Shown here piece after piece: positions 1-8,272 of a stretch of DNA of 64,000 bases (its first letter is position 1; the number at the start of each line of letters is the position of its first letter). Under the pieces are notes generated by a model. That model saw only the letters and a program-made list of their open reading frames with translations. It ran no database searches and was not told the origin of the DNA. Origin of the DNA: Elusimicrobiota bacterium (lineage in GTDB: Bacteria > Elusimicrobiota > Elusimicrobia > UBA1565); NCBI GenBank assembly GCA_043827405.1, contig JBDRPD010000050.1, positions 128,001 through 192,000 on the forward strand. Reading direction: 5' to 3'. The translations under genes were made by a program, and so were the position numbers.

Positions 1-78
1 GAGCCTTCGGTTGGGAGAAACGACCCCTGCTCCTGCGGCAGCGGAAAGAAGTTCAAGAAGTGCTGCCTCAACAAGTAG
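1..78 (+). CDS. C-terminal end of SEC-C motif protein (partial)
   Basis: Frame 1 reads EPSVGRNDPCSCGSGKKFKKCCLNK*, the SEC-C zinc-binding motif. Confidence 0.9.
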   Translation, partial: EPSVGRNDPCSCGSGKKFKKCCLNK

Positions 79-112
79 GCTAGCCCGGCCTGCCGCACCC
101 CCGGAAGCCCAC

Positions 113-1165
113 ATGATCCGACCTGAACCCATGGCGGGGCGGACGTCTTTCGCTGCGGTCGACAAAACCAGCGATCCGTCGGCGGTGGCGGACGCCTTGG
201 CGGGTAATAAATATTTCCTGGTCACGGACTTTTTCAGTACCGGCGTAAATATTTTAGCCGCCCTGCGCCGCTCCCTCGGCGGGAATGAGCCCCGGAAATC
301 CTACGCCGCTGAGCGCGCCTATCGCGCGGCCTTTCAAGGCGCCGCGGCGCGCCTGCTCGCGCCGATACGGGAAAATCGCCTGGACCTGCGCCGGGCTCCG
401 GAGATCGGCTGGCTGCAGGAGCTCTACCCGGACCGCGCCGAATTCGTTCTTCCGTTTCCGCAAGTGCAGGGGCTTAACAGCTCTTGGCAGTGGTTTCAGA
501 AAGGCCTGCAAATACCCGTTCTGCGCCGGCGTCTTTATCCGTTCTACGGCGCCTATTTCCCGACGCGCTTCGCGCATTTGCGGCTCTTCGCGCTTTGGCT
601 CAAGAGCTATCGGGGCAATAAGCGATTTGCCGTGGACGTGGGAACCGGCTGCGGCGTGCTCGCCTTTCAGCTGAGCGAGGCCGGCTGGCCGCGGATTCTC
701 GCCACCGATATAAATCCCAACGCGATCGAGAGCGTCCGCCGGGAGCTCGCGCGCGCTCCGGCGAAAACAATAATCCGGGCGGAGGAGACCGATCTTCTGG
801 GAACGGGCGGCGAGCCCGCGGATTTGATTGTTTTTAATCCGCCGTGGCTGCCGGGAGAAACCCATAACGCCCTGGATGTGGCGATGTATTACCCGCCGGA
901 TATGTTCGCCCGCTTCTTCGCCGCGGCGGCGGAGCGCCTCGCGCCGGAGGGACGCGTGGTTTTGCTGTTCTCCAACCTGCAGCAGACCGCGGGCTCGGAC
1001 GCCGAACATCCGGTGCGGCGCGAGCTGGATGGGGGCCGGCGCTTTGCGCTGGTCCAGCGGCTGGAAAGCAAGGCCGACCCGGCCTCGAAAAAAACCAAAC
1101 GCCGCAAGCGCTCGCCGGCGAAAGAGAGCGTCGAGGTCTGGGAGCTTAAGGCCGCGCGGACCTGA
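113..1165 (+). CDS. Class I SAM-dependent methyltransferase (PrmC/HemK/MTS-like)
   Basis: VDVGTGCG SAM motif, ATDINP, VFNPPW motif; start uncertain (113 or 131). Confidence 0.85.
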   Translation: MIRPEPMAGRTSFAAVDKTSDPSAVADALAGNKYFLVTDFFSTGVNILAALRRSLGGNEPRKSYAAERAYRAAFQGAAARLLAPIRENRLDLRRAPEIGWLQELYPDRAEFVLPFPQVQGLNSSWQWFQKGLQIPVLRRRLYPFYGAYFPTRFAHLRLFALWLKSYRGNKRFAVDVGTGCGVLAFQLSEAGWPRILATDINPNAIESVRRELARAPAKTIIRAEETDLLGTGGEPADLIVFNPPWLPGETHNALDVAMYYPPDMFARFFAAAAERLAPEGRVVLLFSNLQQTAGSDAEHPVRRELDGGRRFALVQRLESKADPASKKTKRRKRSPAKESVEVWELKAART

Positions 1166-1174
1166 CGACGGGAG

Positions 1175-1567
1175 TCAATCGTCCCGCACGCGGCCGCGCA
1201 GGCGCTTCGTCGCTCCCCGGCGCTTCTTTGAATCAAGGATCTTCTCGCGTACGCGGCGCGGCTTGCGCCGCTTGCGGCGAATTTCCTTCTGAACCGCCTG
1301 CTTGCGCGCCCTGAGACGTTCTTCCTGCCGCGTCTGAAACGCGGCGGCGAGCCGCTGCCAGGCGATTTCGCGGTTGCGGGCCTGACTGCGCGTATCCGTC
1401 ACGCGCACGACGATGCCGCTCCTGGGGTGGCGCAGGATAACACCGGTCTCGACTTTGTTGACGTTCTGCCCGCCCTTGCCGCCCGAACGGGCGAAGGACT
1501 CCTTCACCTCTCCCGGGGCGATGCCGAGACGGCGCAGCTTCTCAAGGGCCTCCGGATCGACAGGCAT
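1175..1567 (-). CDS. arfB: Peptidyl-tRNA hydrolase, release-factor-like (ArfB/YaeJ type)
   Basis: RSGGKGGQNVNKVET GGQ motif, RSQARNR, basic C-terminal tail, 130 aa. Confidence 0.8.
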   Translation of the reverse strand: MPVDPEALEKLRRLGIAPGEVKESFARSGGKGGQNVNKVETGVILRHPRSGIVVRVTDTRSQARNREIAWQRLAAAFQTRQEERLRARKQAVQKEIRRKRRKPRRVREKILDSKKRRGATKRLRGRVRDD

Positions 1568-1590
1568 AGCGAAAGTATAGCAGGCATTAA

Positions 1591-1953
1591 AGACGAGCCG
1601 CCCGCGGCTTCCTCAAGACGGCCTACGCCGGGAACGGAAAGAGCCTCGTCAACGTCGACTACGCCAAAAAGGCGCTCAAAAACTTCCGCGGCAGCTACAA
1701 TACGGAAGGCTTCGGCGCCGCGCATTCGGGCGTCAAAGATTACGGCGACAAGTGCGACTGGATCTACGAGAAAACCTTCTCGGGCCAGGGCGGCATCAAC
1801 GACGGCATCCACGACACCGTGCAGCTGCTCGCGGCCGTCTGGTCCAAGATCCAGAAGGGCGAGAAATTCACCGTCGTACGCACCGGCACCTACACCTACG
1901 CCGTTGTCGCGGAGTCCGGGACGGCGATCGTGGAGACCCGCGGGAAGTTCTAG
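1591..1953 (+). pseudogene. Startless coding remnant (~120 codons)
   Basis: Open frame with strong GC3 bias between TAA 1588-1590 and TAG 1951-1953, no early start codon. Confidence 0.4.
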
Positions 1954-2041
1954 AACCCGAGCTCATGCCTAACTCAGGGGCTATGCGCCTTCGGCGCATT
2001 GACCTGCGACCTTTCGCGCGTGAGACGAACGGGGAGATGGA

Positions 2042-2830
2042 CTATTTAAATTCAAAAATATGCGCGTCGACGCGGTGGAGGATGTCGAATTCCGGCGGGG
2101 CTATCTTTTCCAGGAGCTCGGCGTGAGCGGCATCGAAGCGTTTGATTTCGTCCTCAGACAGCGCCGCGCCGATGGCGCGGCACGCCTTGATACGTCCGCG
2201 CCATCTCACCCGCGTAAACCGCACCGGGTCGTCGTAGTAGAAAGCTTCAACGACTCCAAAATCCTTGCGCGACCAGTCCGGTACGGCGGGAATTTCTCCG
2301 GCATAGCCCGCCGCCGTCCACCGCGGATTAAATTCAAGAATCAGCTCTTCAGTCCTGGCGGCGATTTCATCCTGCAGCGGCAGCCAGCAGAAGTGCGATG
2401 TCGAAAAAATACCGCCGGGCTTCAAGACCCGGCGAATCTCCGGAATGGTCTTTTCTTTGTCGAAATACAAAAAACACTGATTCGCCGTAATCACGTCAAA
2501 AAGCCCGTCGCCAAAAATGAGGTCTTCGGAAGGCGTGACAAAAAAATCCACCTTTAATTTTTCGTGATCGGCCAAACCTCGCGCCACCTCAATCTGGCCT
2601 GCGGAGATATCCGCCCCCACCGGCATGCATCCCTGACGAGCGAATTGTCGGGCGAGGACGCCGGTGCCGGTGCCGAGGTCCAGGATTTTTTGCTCGGGGA
2701 GGCCCACTCCGCATTCCTTCATGCGGTCATAAAAACTCAGCGGCGGGCCAGGACGGTAAGCGGCGTAATCCGCCGACACGCGTCCCCAATCGATCTCCCG
2801 CCCTTCGTCTAAATGCCCGAGTCCGTGCAT
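2042..2830 (-). CDS. Class I SAM-dependent methyltransferase
   Basis: YAAYRPG, LDLGTGTG, FDVITANQ, RVLKPGG. Confidence 0.9.
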   Translation of the reverse strand: MHGLGHLDEGREIDWGRVSADYAAYRPGPPLSFYDRMKECGVGLPEQKILDLGTGTGVLARQFARQGCMPVGADISAGQIEVARGLADHEKLKVDFFVTPSEDLIFGDGLFDVITANQCFLYFDKEKTIPEIRRVLKPGGIFSTSHFCWLPLQDEIAARTEELILEFNPRWTAAGYAGEIPAVPDWSRKDFGVVEAFYYDDPVRFTRVRWRGRIKACRAIGAALSEDEIKRFDAAHAELLEKIAPPEFDILHRVDAHIFEFK

Positions 2831-2963
2831 AACTTCCCACCTGCTTCGATTAATCCAATGATAATAGCACGATACGCCACCCCGGTCGCTTAAGGCGACT
2901 GCGACGCTCCTCCCCTGCCAGCGGTGTCATGGGAAGAAGGCCCGGCAAGCCAGACGAGGAGTC

Positions 2964-3746
2964 TTGGTCTGTCGGAGCTGTCGGGCCGACATTCGTGCGA
3001 CTTCCGGCACGATTTTCCAAGATAACCACCTCCCACTGCGCTTGTGGTTTCGAGGCATGTGGTGGATCACGAACCAGAAAGGCGGCGTGAGTGCGCTGGG
3101 TCTGCAACGCCTGTTGGGCCTGGGCAGCTACCGGACGGCGTGGATGTGTCTGCACAAACTCAGACGCACGATGGTCCGCCCTTGACGTGACCGTTTGTCC
3201 GGTCGGGTAGAGGTCGATCAGGCTGTCGTTGGGGGCCGCAAGAAAGGAGGATCAGGGCGGCATGCTGGTAAGGCTGTTGTCGCTGTTGCTGTGAAAAATA
3301 AAGAGAAAAAGATAGGACGGATTCGCGTACATCATCTTCCAGATGCGTCTCGTAGGAATCTTCTAGGATTTGTCCGCAAGGCGGTGGCGCCCGGTTCGTT
3401 GGTGATCACAAATGGTTGGCATAGCTGCTCTAGGCTTCCGAGCATCGGATACAAACATGAGCCATATGTACTCAAAGGCAAAGGCAGGGAGGCTGGCGCC
3501 GTCGTTCTGCCTGGGGCCCACCGGATAGCTTCCCTGCTGAAGAGATGGCTTCTAGGAACCCCCCAGGGGCGAGTCTCCCCTAAGCACCTAGGGTACTATC
3601 TCGACGAGTTCACCTTCCGGTTCAACCGCAGGACTTCACGAAAGCGAGGGATGCTCTTCTACCGGTTGCTCCAGCAGACGGTCCAAACCGAGGCCACGCC
3701 ATTCGCGGGATTGGTCAAGAAAAGGAAGCGGCCTCTATTAGGGTAA
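2964..3746 (+). pseudogene. IS1595-family (ISXO2-like) transposase, inactivated
   Basis: GTIFQD..LPLRLWF, GVSALGLQRLLG, YLDEFTFRFNRR; in-frame TGA 3183-3185; EVDQ and ITNGW where EVDE/TDG are expected; 5' end eroded. Confidence 0.9.
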
Positions 3747-3865
3747 GATTGCTGGCGTAAAGTACATATGCCGGATAGGGCAGTAATAGAACTCAACACT
3801 TGGGAACTTTTGAGTCCCTTGCTCGTAAATAGGGGGGAGGAGAAAATCGTTTCCAAGGAGAGTTT

Positions 3866-4243
3866 ATGCATCTCTATATCAACGACAAGATGGTTAAAAT
3901 TGAGACGGACGCAGCCGCCCTCGAACAAGCGCTTGTGGGATTCATCAAAGCGTCGAAGGGGAGCCTCGAACTGCGCCGCTCGCCGGAGGAATGGCTTCGC
4001 GCGACCCGCGATCAGTCCGGTTTCTGCAGCCTCGAGATCTCCAGCTGCGGGAGCGTCATCGGCATGGGTATCGACAGAGAGGACCTCGGCGAGGTACGTG
4101 CGGTCTTCCAGGAGTTCGTACGCGGCTACCAGCCTTCACTCCCTTGGAAGAAACTCAGCCTGCTGGGGGATCAGGGGGACAATGAATTTGTAGTCGGGGA
4201 CCCCCATCACGACGGCTGCCCCCTGTGCCGCCTGCTCGAATGA
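3866..4243 (+). CDS. Hypothetical protein, C-terminal CxxC
   Basis: AAGGAG RBS before ATG; ATGA overlap with next gene. Confidence 0.6.
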   Translation: MHLYINDKMVKIETDAAALEQALVGFIKASKGSLELRRSPEEWLRATRDQSGFCSLEISSCGSVIGMGIDREDLGEVRAVFQEFVRGYQPSLPWKKLSLLGDQGDNEFVVGDPHHDGCPLCRLLE

Positions 4244-4736
4244 GCCCAGCCGGGCCTCTTGCGTCTCGAATCGAACGGCGGATCTACACGATCCGCGGTC
4301 AGCGAGTCATGCTGGACCGGGACTTGGCCATTCTGTACCAGGTCCAAACTCGCGCGTTGAATCGTGCCGTGAAGAGGAATTATCAACGATTCCCCGTCGA
4401 TTTCATGTTTCAACTCGCGCCCACGGAATGGGAGGACTTGAAGTGCCAAATTGGCACTTCAAGTTGGGGCGGCGACCGGAGAGCGCTCCCTCATGTCTTC
4501 ACTGAGCCGGGCGTTGCGATGCTCTCCAGTGTCCTGCGCAGCCACCGCGCCGTCCAGGTCAACATCGAGATTATCCGCGTCTTCGGAGGCTTCTCGTCAC
4601 CAACCAAGAACTTGCGCGGCGCCTCGAAGAATTGGAAAGCCGGCATGAGGGGAAATTTAGAATCGTATTCGACGCGATCCGCAGGCTCATGGTAGAGCCT
4701 GAAAAGGCTAAGCCGAAAATAGGATTCAGCCCGTGA
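4240..4736 (+). pseudogene. ORF6N (KilA-N-like) DNA-binding protein, frameshifted
   Basis: IRGQRVMLDRDLA..RFPVDFMFQL..FTEPGVAMLSSVLRS; expected C-terminus (ELARRLEELE..VFDAIRRL..KIGF) continues in another frame after ~4585. Confidence 0.85.
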
Positions 4737-4843
4737 AAGGTCTCTACGAAGGGTCCTCTACCGTGGGACGAATTGGTAGTGCAGAAATAGTGCAGATTCG
4801 GAGCGAGATTCCTGCCGACTCCAACAAACACCTACAAAAAGTT

Positions 4844-4870
4844 AAGAGGGCCCCGACGGGGCCCTCTTTT
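4844..4870. terminator. GC-rich hairpin downstream of the tRNA 3' duplicate
   Basis: aagagggcccc-gac-ggggccctctt, perfect 11-bp stem with A/T flanks. Confidence 0.7.
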
Positions 4871-4873
4871 AAA

Positions 4874-4921
4874 TGGTGGGCAGTACAGGTTTCGAACCTG
4901 TGACCTTTCGCGTGTGAGGCG
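4874..4921 (-). repeat. att site: 48-bp duplicate of tRNA-Val 3' end
   Basis: Identical to 43424-43471 (tggtgggcagtacagg...cgtgtgaggcg). Confidence 0.97.
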
Positions 4922-5071
4922 CGGTCACTATGTCTGAGCCGTTAGCCCGTTACGTTGTATTCTACAAGATATTTTTCAGACTGAAAGTTTGAAGTCCGCC
5001 GCTGGTGCAATAATGGTGCAACGAGAGGATCACAACAGCACCAACTAGCGCAAAGTGGGCTTTCGCTTCGA

Positions 5072-6130
5072 CTACGCCCGGTGGAGGGTTTGCATCCCGT
5101 TCTCGGAGGAAGGGTCCAACGGGACAATCGACTCGAACAACTCCATCTTCTCCGCAAGATGTTTCTCGGAAAGCTGAGTGTAGCGCTTTGCCATCGCCGA
5201 CCCTGAGACACCCAGGAGCTTCTCCGCCGCGTAAAGATCGCCAGTAGCTTTGTAGAAAACAGACGAGAAGAAATGCCGGAGGTCGTGGAACCGGAAGTCC
5301 TCGATGCCTGCCTGCTCCTTCGCCTTCTTGAAGTGACGGTAGAGGGTCTTTGGAGAGACGTTGAATACGCGGCCTTCTTTTTTCGGACTCTGCTTCTCCA
5401 GGAGAGCGCGGAGCTTCGCCCGGATCGGAACAATCTTCCATTTACCCGTCTTGTACTGGTAGAGCCGGATGATTTCCCGCTCAAGATCAACCTGCTTCCA
5501 GTCCAGGTAGAGGTTCTCCTTCCGCCGGGAGCCACTTAGAACGGCAAAATCAAAGACGGGGCGAATCTTGTCGCTCAAGCAGAGATACAGCCGCTGAAAC
5601 TCCTCCTCAGCCAGTTCCCGCTCCCGAGCGAACTGGGCCTCACCGATAGGCTCGACCGCATCACACGGATTCTCGCCACGGTATCGCCTAGTCCTCCGTG
5701 CCTTGTTGAAAACGCGCTTGAGGAGCGTCAGGTGGCGATTGGCGTTCTGCGGCGAGGTCCGACGGCCCTCCGCGTCATAAAATCTGATGACATCCTCTCC
5801 CGAGATATCACCGACCAGCCGATTCCCAAATCGAGCCAGAAGCCTATTCTTATATGCCTTCCACGATGGCGACTTATACTTGCACCCGTAAAGCGACCAG
5901 AACCAATCCATCAGCGCCGAGAACTTCTGGCGCATGGCCTTGCGTTCGGTGAACTCCCTGCCGTCTACACTCTGCCCGATCCGCTTGGCCAGGACCTCCC
6001 GGGCCTGCTTATGCTTAAAGCCCACGGGCTCTCGGCGGTATCTCCCGTTCGGCAACTTGTAGCCGATCCACCACCGCTCGTCGTCAGGACGGTCTTTGCG
6101 TTTGAAGACTGCCACTCCAGCTACCCCCAT
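5072..6130 (-). CDS. int: Tyrosine recombinase/integrase
   Basis: SGSRRKE (R), YKTGK (K), FHDLRH, KRY (Y); N-terminal arm-binding-like region; beside att. Confidence 0.95.
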   Translation of the reverse strand: MGVAGVAVFKRKDRPDDERWWIGYKLPNGRYRREPVGFKHKQAREVLAKRIGQSVDGREFTERKAMRQKFSALMDWFWSLYGCKYKSPSWKAYKNRLLARFGNRLVGDISGEDVIRFYDAEGRRTSPQNANRHLTLLKRVFNKARRTRRYRGENPCDAVEPIGEAQFARERELAEEEFQRLYLCLSDKIRPVFDFAVLSGSRRKENLYLDWKQVDLEREIIRLYQYKTGKWKIVPIRAKLRALLEKQSPKKEGRVFNVSPKTLYRHFKKAKEQAGIEDFRFHDLRHFFSSVFYKATGDLYAAEKLLGVSGSAMAKRYTQLSEKHLAEKMELFESIVPLDPSSENGMQTLHRA

Positions 6131-6216
6131 GCTACCCGCTTAGTATAACAGACCCGCGCCAATCTCGCCACCCCTATGCTATGGACTTGCTACCTCGCAT
6201 CTGCTACGCTTATTAC

Positions 6217-6381
6217 ATGAGGAAGCCCAAAGACGAAAAGACCGAGAAGGCATATTATCTGCGACTCCCCCGGGGTCTTTACGACAAGCTCGTTAAGCGA
6301 TCGAAGAAGACCCGCCGCACACTGGCCAACGAGATCATCGTCGTCCTTGAGGACGGCGTGGAGCGTCCGGTAAGGCGCTGA
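6217..6381 (+). CDS. Arc/ribbon-helix-helix DNA-binding protein
   Basis: YYLRLPRGLYDKL..RRTLANEII. Confidence 0.75.
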   Translation: MRKPKDEKTEKAYYLRLPRGLYDKLVKRSKKTRRTLANEIIVVLEDGVERPVRR

Positions 6382-6574
6382 TCCACTCCTGGGTCTCCTT
6401 GGGGCGGAACCGTAACAGGCCGTTCACCTTGACCATGCACTTTTCAGGGATTTTCCCAAGGGACCGCCAAGTGTAAAGCGTCGCCTTCGGAATCCCCGTC
6501 CGCGCTTCAACCTCCTCGATGGTTAGCGACCATTTCTCAACCTTCTCCACCTCGCGCCGCCATGGCACATCCAT
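6335..6574 (-). CDS. Excisionase/AlpA-like HTH protein
   Basis: LTIEEVEARTGIPKATLYTWRSLGKIP..LRF; near integrase. Confidence 0.8.
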   Translation of the reverse strand: MDVPWRREVEKVEKWSLTIEEVEARTGIPKATLYTWRSLGKIPEKCMVKVNGLLRFRPKETQEWISALPDAPRRPQGRR

Positions 6575-6575
6575 C

Positions 6576-6884
6576 TCACCCCCCCTCCGCTCGTCCGGGA
6601 TAGGGGAGATTGACCATCCGCAGGACCTTACAGTGCCGCATATCCCCATTATTGGTTTTCCGTAGTTCCCGGGTTCTCTTGATGATATTGGCATTCTCAA
6701 GCCGCCGGAGCGCTTCATAGAAATCGTGGACACCGCCCCCGATGGCCTCGATCATGTAGCTTGTTGGGAAACCCTCAGGTCCCAGCGTCCGCAATAGCGC
6801 AACGATCTCCTTTTGAACCCGCACAAGCCTTTCTTCCCTCGCAATCGGGGTCCAGGGGGAACCCCATTTTTTCCCATCAGCCAT
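6576..6884 (-). CDS. Hypothetical, possible winged-helix protein
   Basis: Tightly packed in operon; FYEALRRLENANII. Confidence 0.55.
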   Translation of the reverse strand: MADGKKWGSPWTPIAREERLVRVQKEIVALLRTLGPEGFPTSYMIEAIGGGVHDFYEALRRLENANIIKRTRELRKTNNGDMRHCKVLRMVNLPYPGRAEGG

Positions 6885-7161
6885 GTCGCCTCCTACGTCC
6901 CAAGTAATTCAAGAACCTGTCCACTGCCTCAACGCGGCAGGCGCAGAGGCGTACTCCACACGATCGGCAGTAATGATCGCGCCTCCAGACCATCTCACGG
7001 CACGCCGGACAGCAGGGGACGCCCTGCGGGTCCACGTCACAACCGCATTGGCCGCAGAACTCCTGCCCTCTGCCAATCGGCGCCTCGCAGTTCAGACATT
7101 CTGCGATGAACTCCGATGAATGTTCGGCTTCTCGTTCCGGACTCATTGCACCATGCCGCAA
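6877..7161 (-). CDS. Double zinc-ribbon protein
   Basis: Four CxxC pairs (CLNC, CGQC, CPAC, CRSC). Confidence 0.7.
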   Translation of the reverse strand: MRHGAMSPEREAEHSSEFIAECLNCEAPIGRGQEFCGQCGCDVDPQGVPCCPACREMVWRRDHYCRSCGVRLCACRVEAVDRFLNYLGRRRRHG

Positions 7162-7168
7162 CGAATGG

Positions 7169-7324
7169 CTAGAACTCCCCTCGATGGAGCGTCTCGCACT
7201 CGGGGTCCGAACACGCGGCGAGCCACTCCTCGCCCTTCAGCCGAATGAGCTTCAGCGGCTCCCCGCAAGCCTCGCAGGTCACAGCGAACTGGTATTTCTT
7301 CTTCTCCTCGATCTCGTCAGTCAT
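7169..7324 (-). CDS. Small zinc-ribbon protein (51 aa, not in ORF track)
   Basis: MTDEIEEKKKYQFAVTCEACG..CSDPEC..; GGAGG RBS. Confidence 0.65.
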   Translation of the reverse strand: MTDEIEEKKKYQFAVTCEACGEPLKLIRLKGEEWLAACSDPECETLHRGEF

Positions 7325-7372
7325 CTCATCCTCCGTTCTCTTGTCTTAGTTTTTCCGTCTGCACCCCCAGTT

Positions 7373-7708
7373 TCACTTCCCAGGCGGGGAAACCCGCACC
7401 CGGATTACCTGAGGCTTCCTGGGCTCCAGCGAGGAAACCCGCACCCGGATTACCTGAGGCTTCCTGGGCTCCGGCGAGGAAACCCACGCCCGGATTACGT
7501 GAGGCTTCCTAGGCTTCGATGGAGAAACCCGTACCCGGATTATCCGAGGCTTCGTCTTGGGTGGTTCCACGAATGCGGGGACTATCATCCACCTCCTTCG
7601 GCACTCCGGATTCGTGCACTGCCAGAACCCGCCGCCGTTGCGGTCCATCCGCAGGCGGTACCCGCACTCACACCGCACGGCATCCCGCTTCCGTTTCCTC
7701 GCCTTCAT
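7373..7708 (-). CDS. Zinc-ribbon protein with 15-aa repeats
   Basis: CECG..CTNPEC followed by about four KPQVIRVRVSxxEPR units; GGAGG RBS. Confidence 0.6.
   Translation of the reverse strand: MKARKRKRDAVRCECGYRLRMDRNGGGFWQCTNPECRRRWMIVPAFVEPPKTKPRIIRVRVSPSKPRKPHVIRAWVSSPEPRKPQVIRVRVSSLEPRKPQVIRVRVSPPGK
7389..7553. repeat. Tandem repeat, 45-bp unit, ~3.7 copies
   Basis: Units begin at 7389, 7434, 7479, 7524 (gaaacccgcacccggattacctgaggcttcc...). Confidence 0.9.
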
Positions 7709-8272
7709 CGCACCACCTCCATGCCGCCATCGTTCTCCCCGGCCTTCCCGCCCCAGGCCCTCCAGGGACCTGGCTCCGCTCCGAGCCCCCAAGCGACGCC
7801 CCGGCGATCCTTCCGGCCCTCCGGGGCCATCTGGACGCTCGGGAAGGCAGGGCCGTCGATTTCGAGCCCCAGACGCAGCCCGTTGGTTGCCAGCTTGCCG
7901 GAACCTGAGACTGGCCGGGGCTCGGAGCCCATCACGGACCCGATTGATAACCGAGCGTCCGTGCCTGCCAGAACCCAAGGACTCGTGGTCCTCGCGCGCC
8001 AACGGCGGCGCCGCTCCGGACCGGGCGGCATACGGGGCCCCACCCGCCCCTGCGGGGCGGGCACCCCGTGGCCGCCCCGTTCTTGGCCGATTCTTCTGTT
8101 GGGGCTCGCATAATAACCTGATGATCCGGGACCCCGGCCTTCTCCTTTTGTTAGGGCTCCCATAATCATCAGCAACTGCATCGATTCGTCAGGGTCCTCG
8201 CCCAAACGGGGGGGTGTCCAGCCTCGCCGAGAAGATTCTGTTAGGTCTCGCATAGATATATTTATTCTTAGA

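Noticed and set aside
3183..3185. In-frame TGA as recoding (Sec or alternative code)
   Set aside because: The transposase also lost catalytic residues, and TGA is an ordinary stop in other genes here
7389..7553. Possible CRISPR array
   Set aside because: Units are contiguous 45-mers without unique spacers, keep the reading frame, and no cas genes are present
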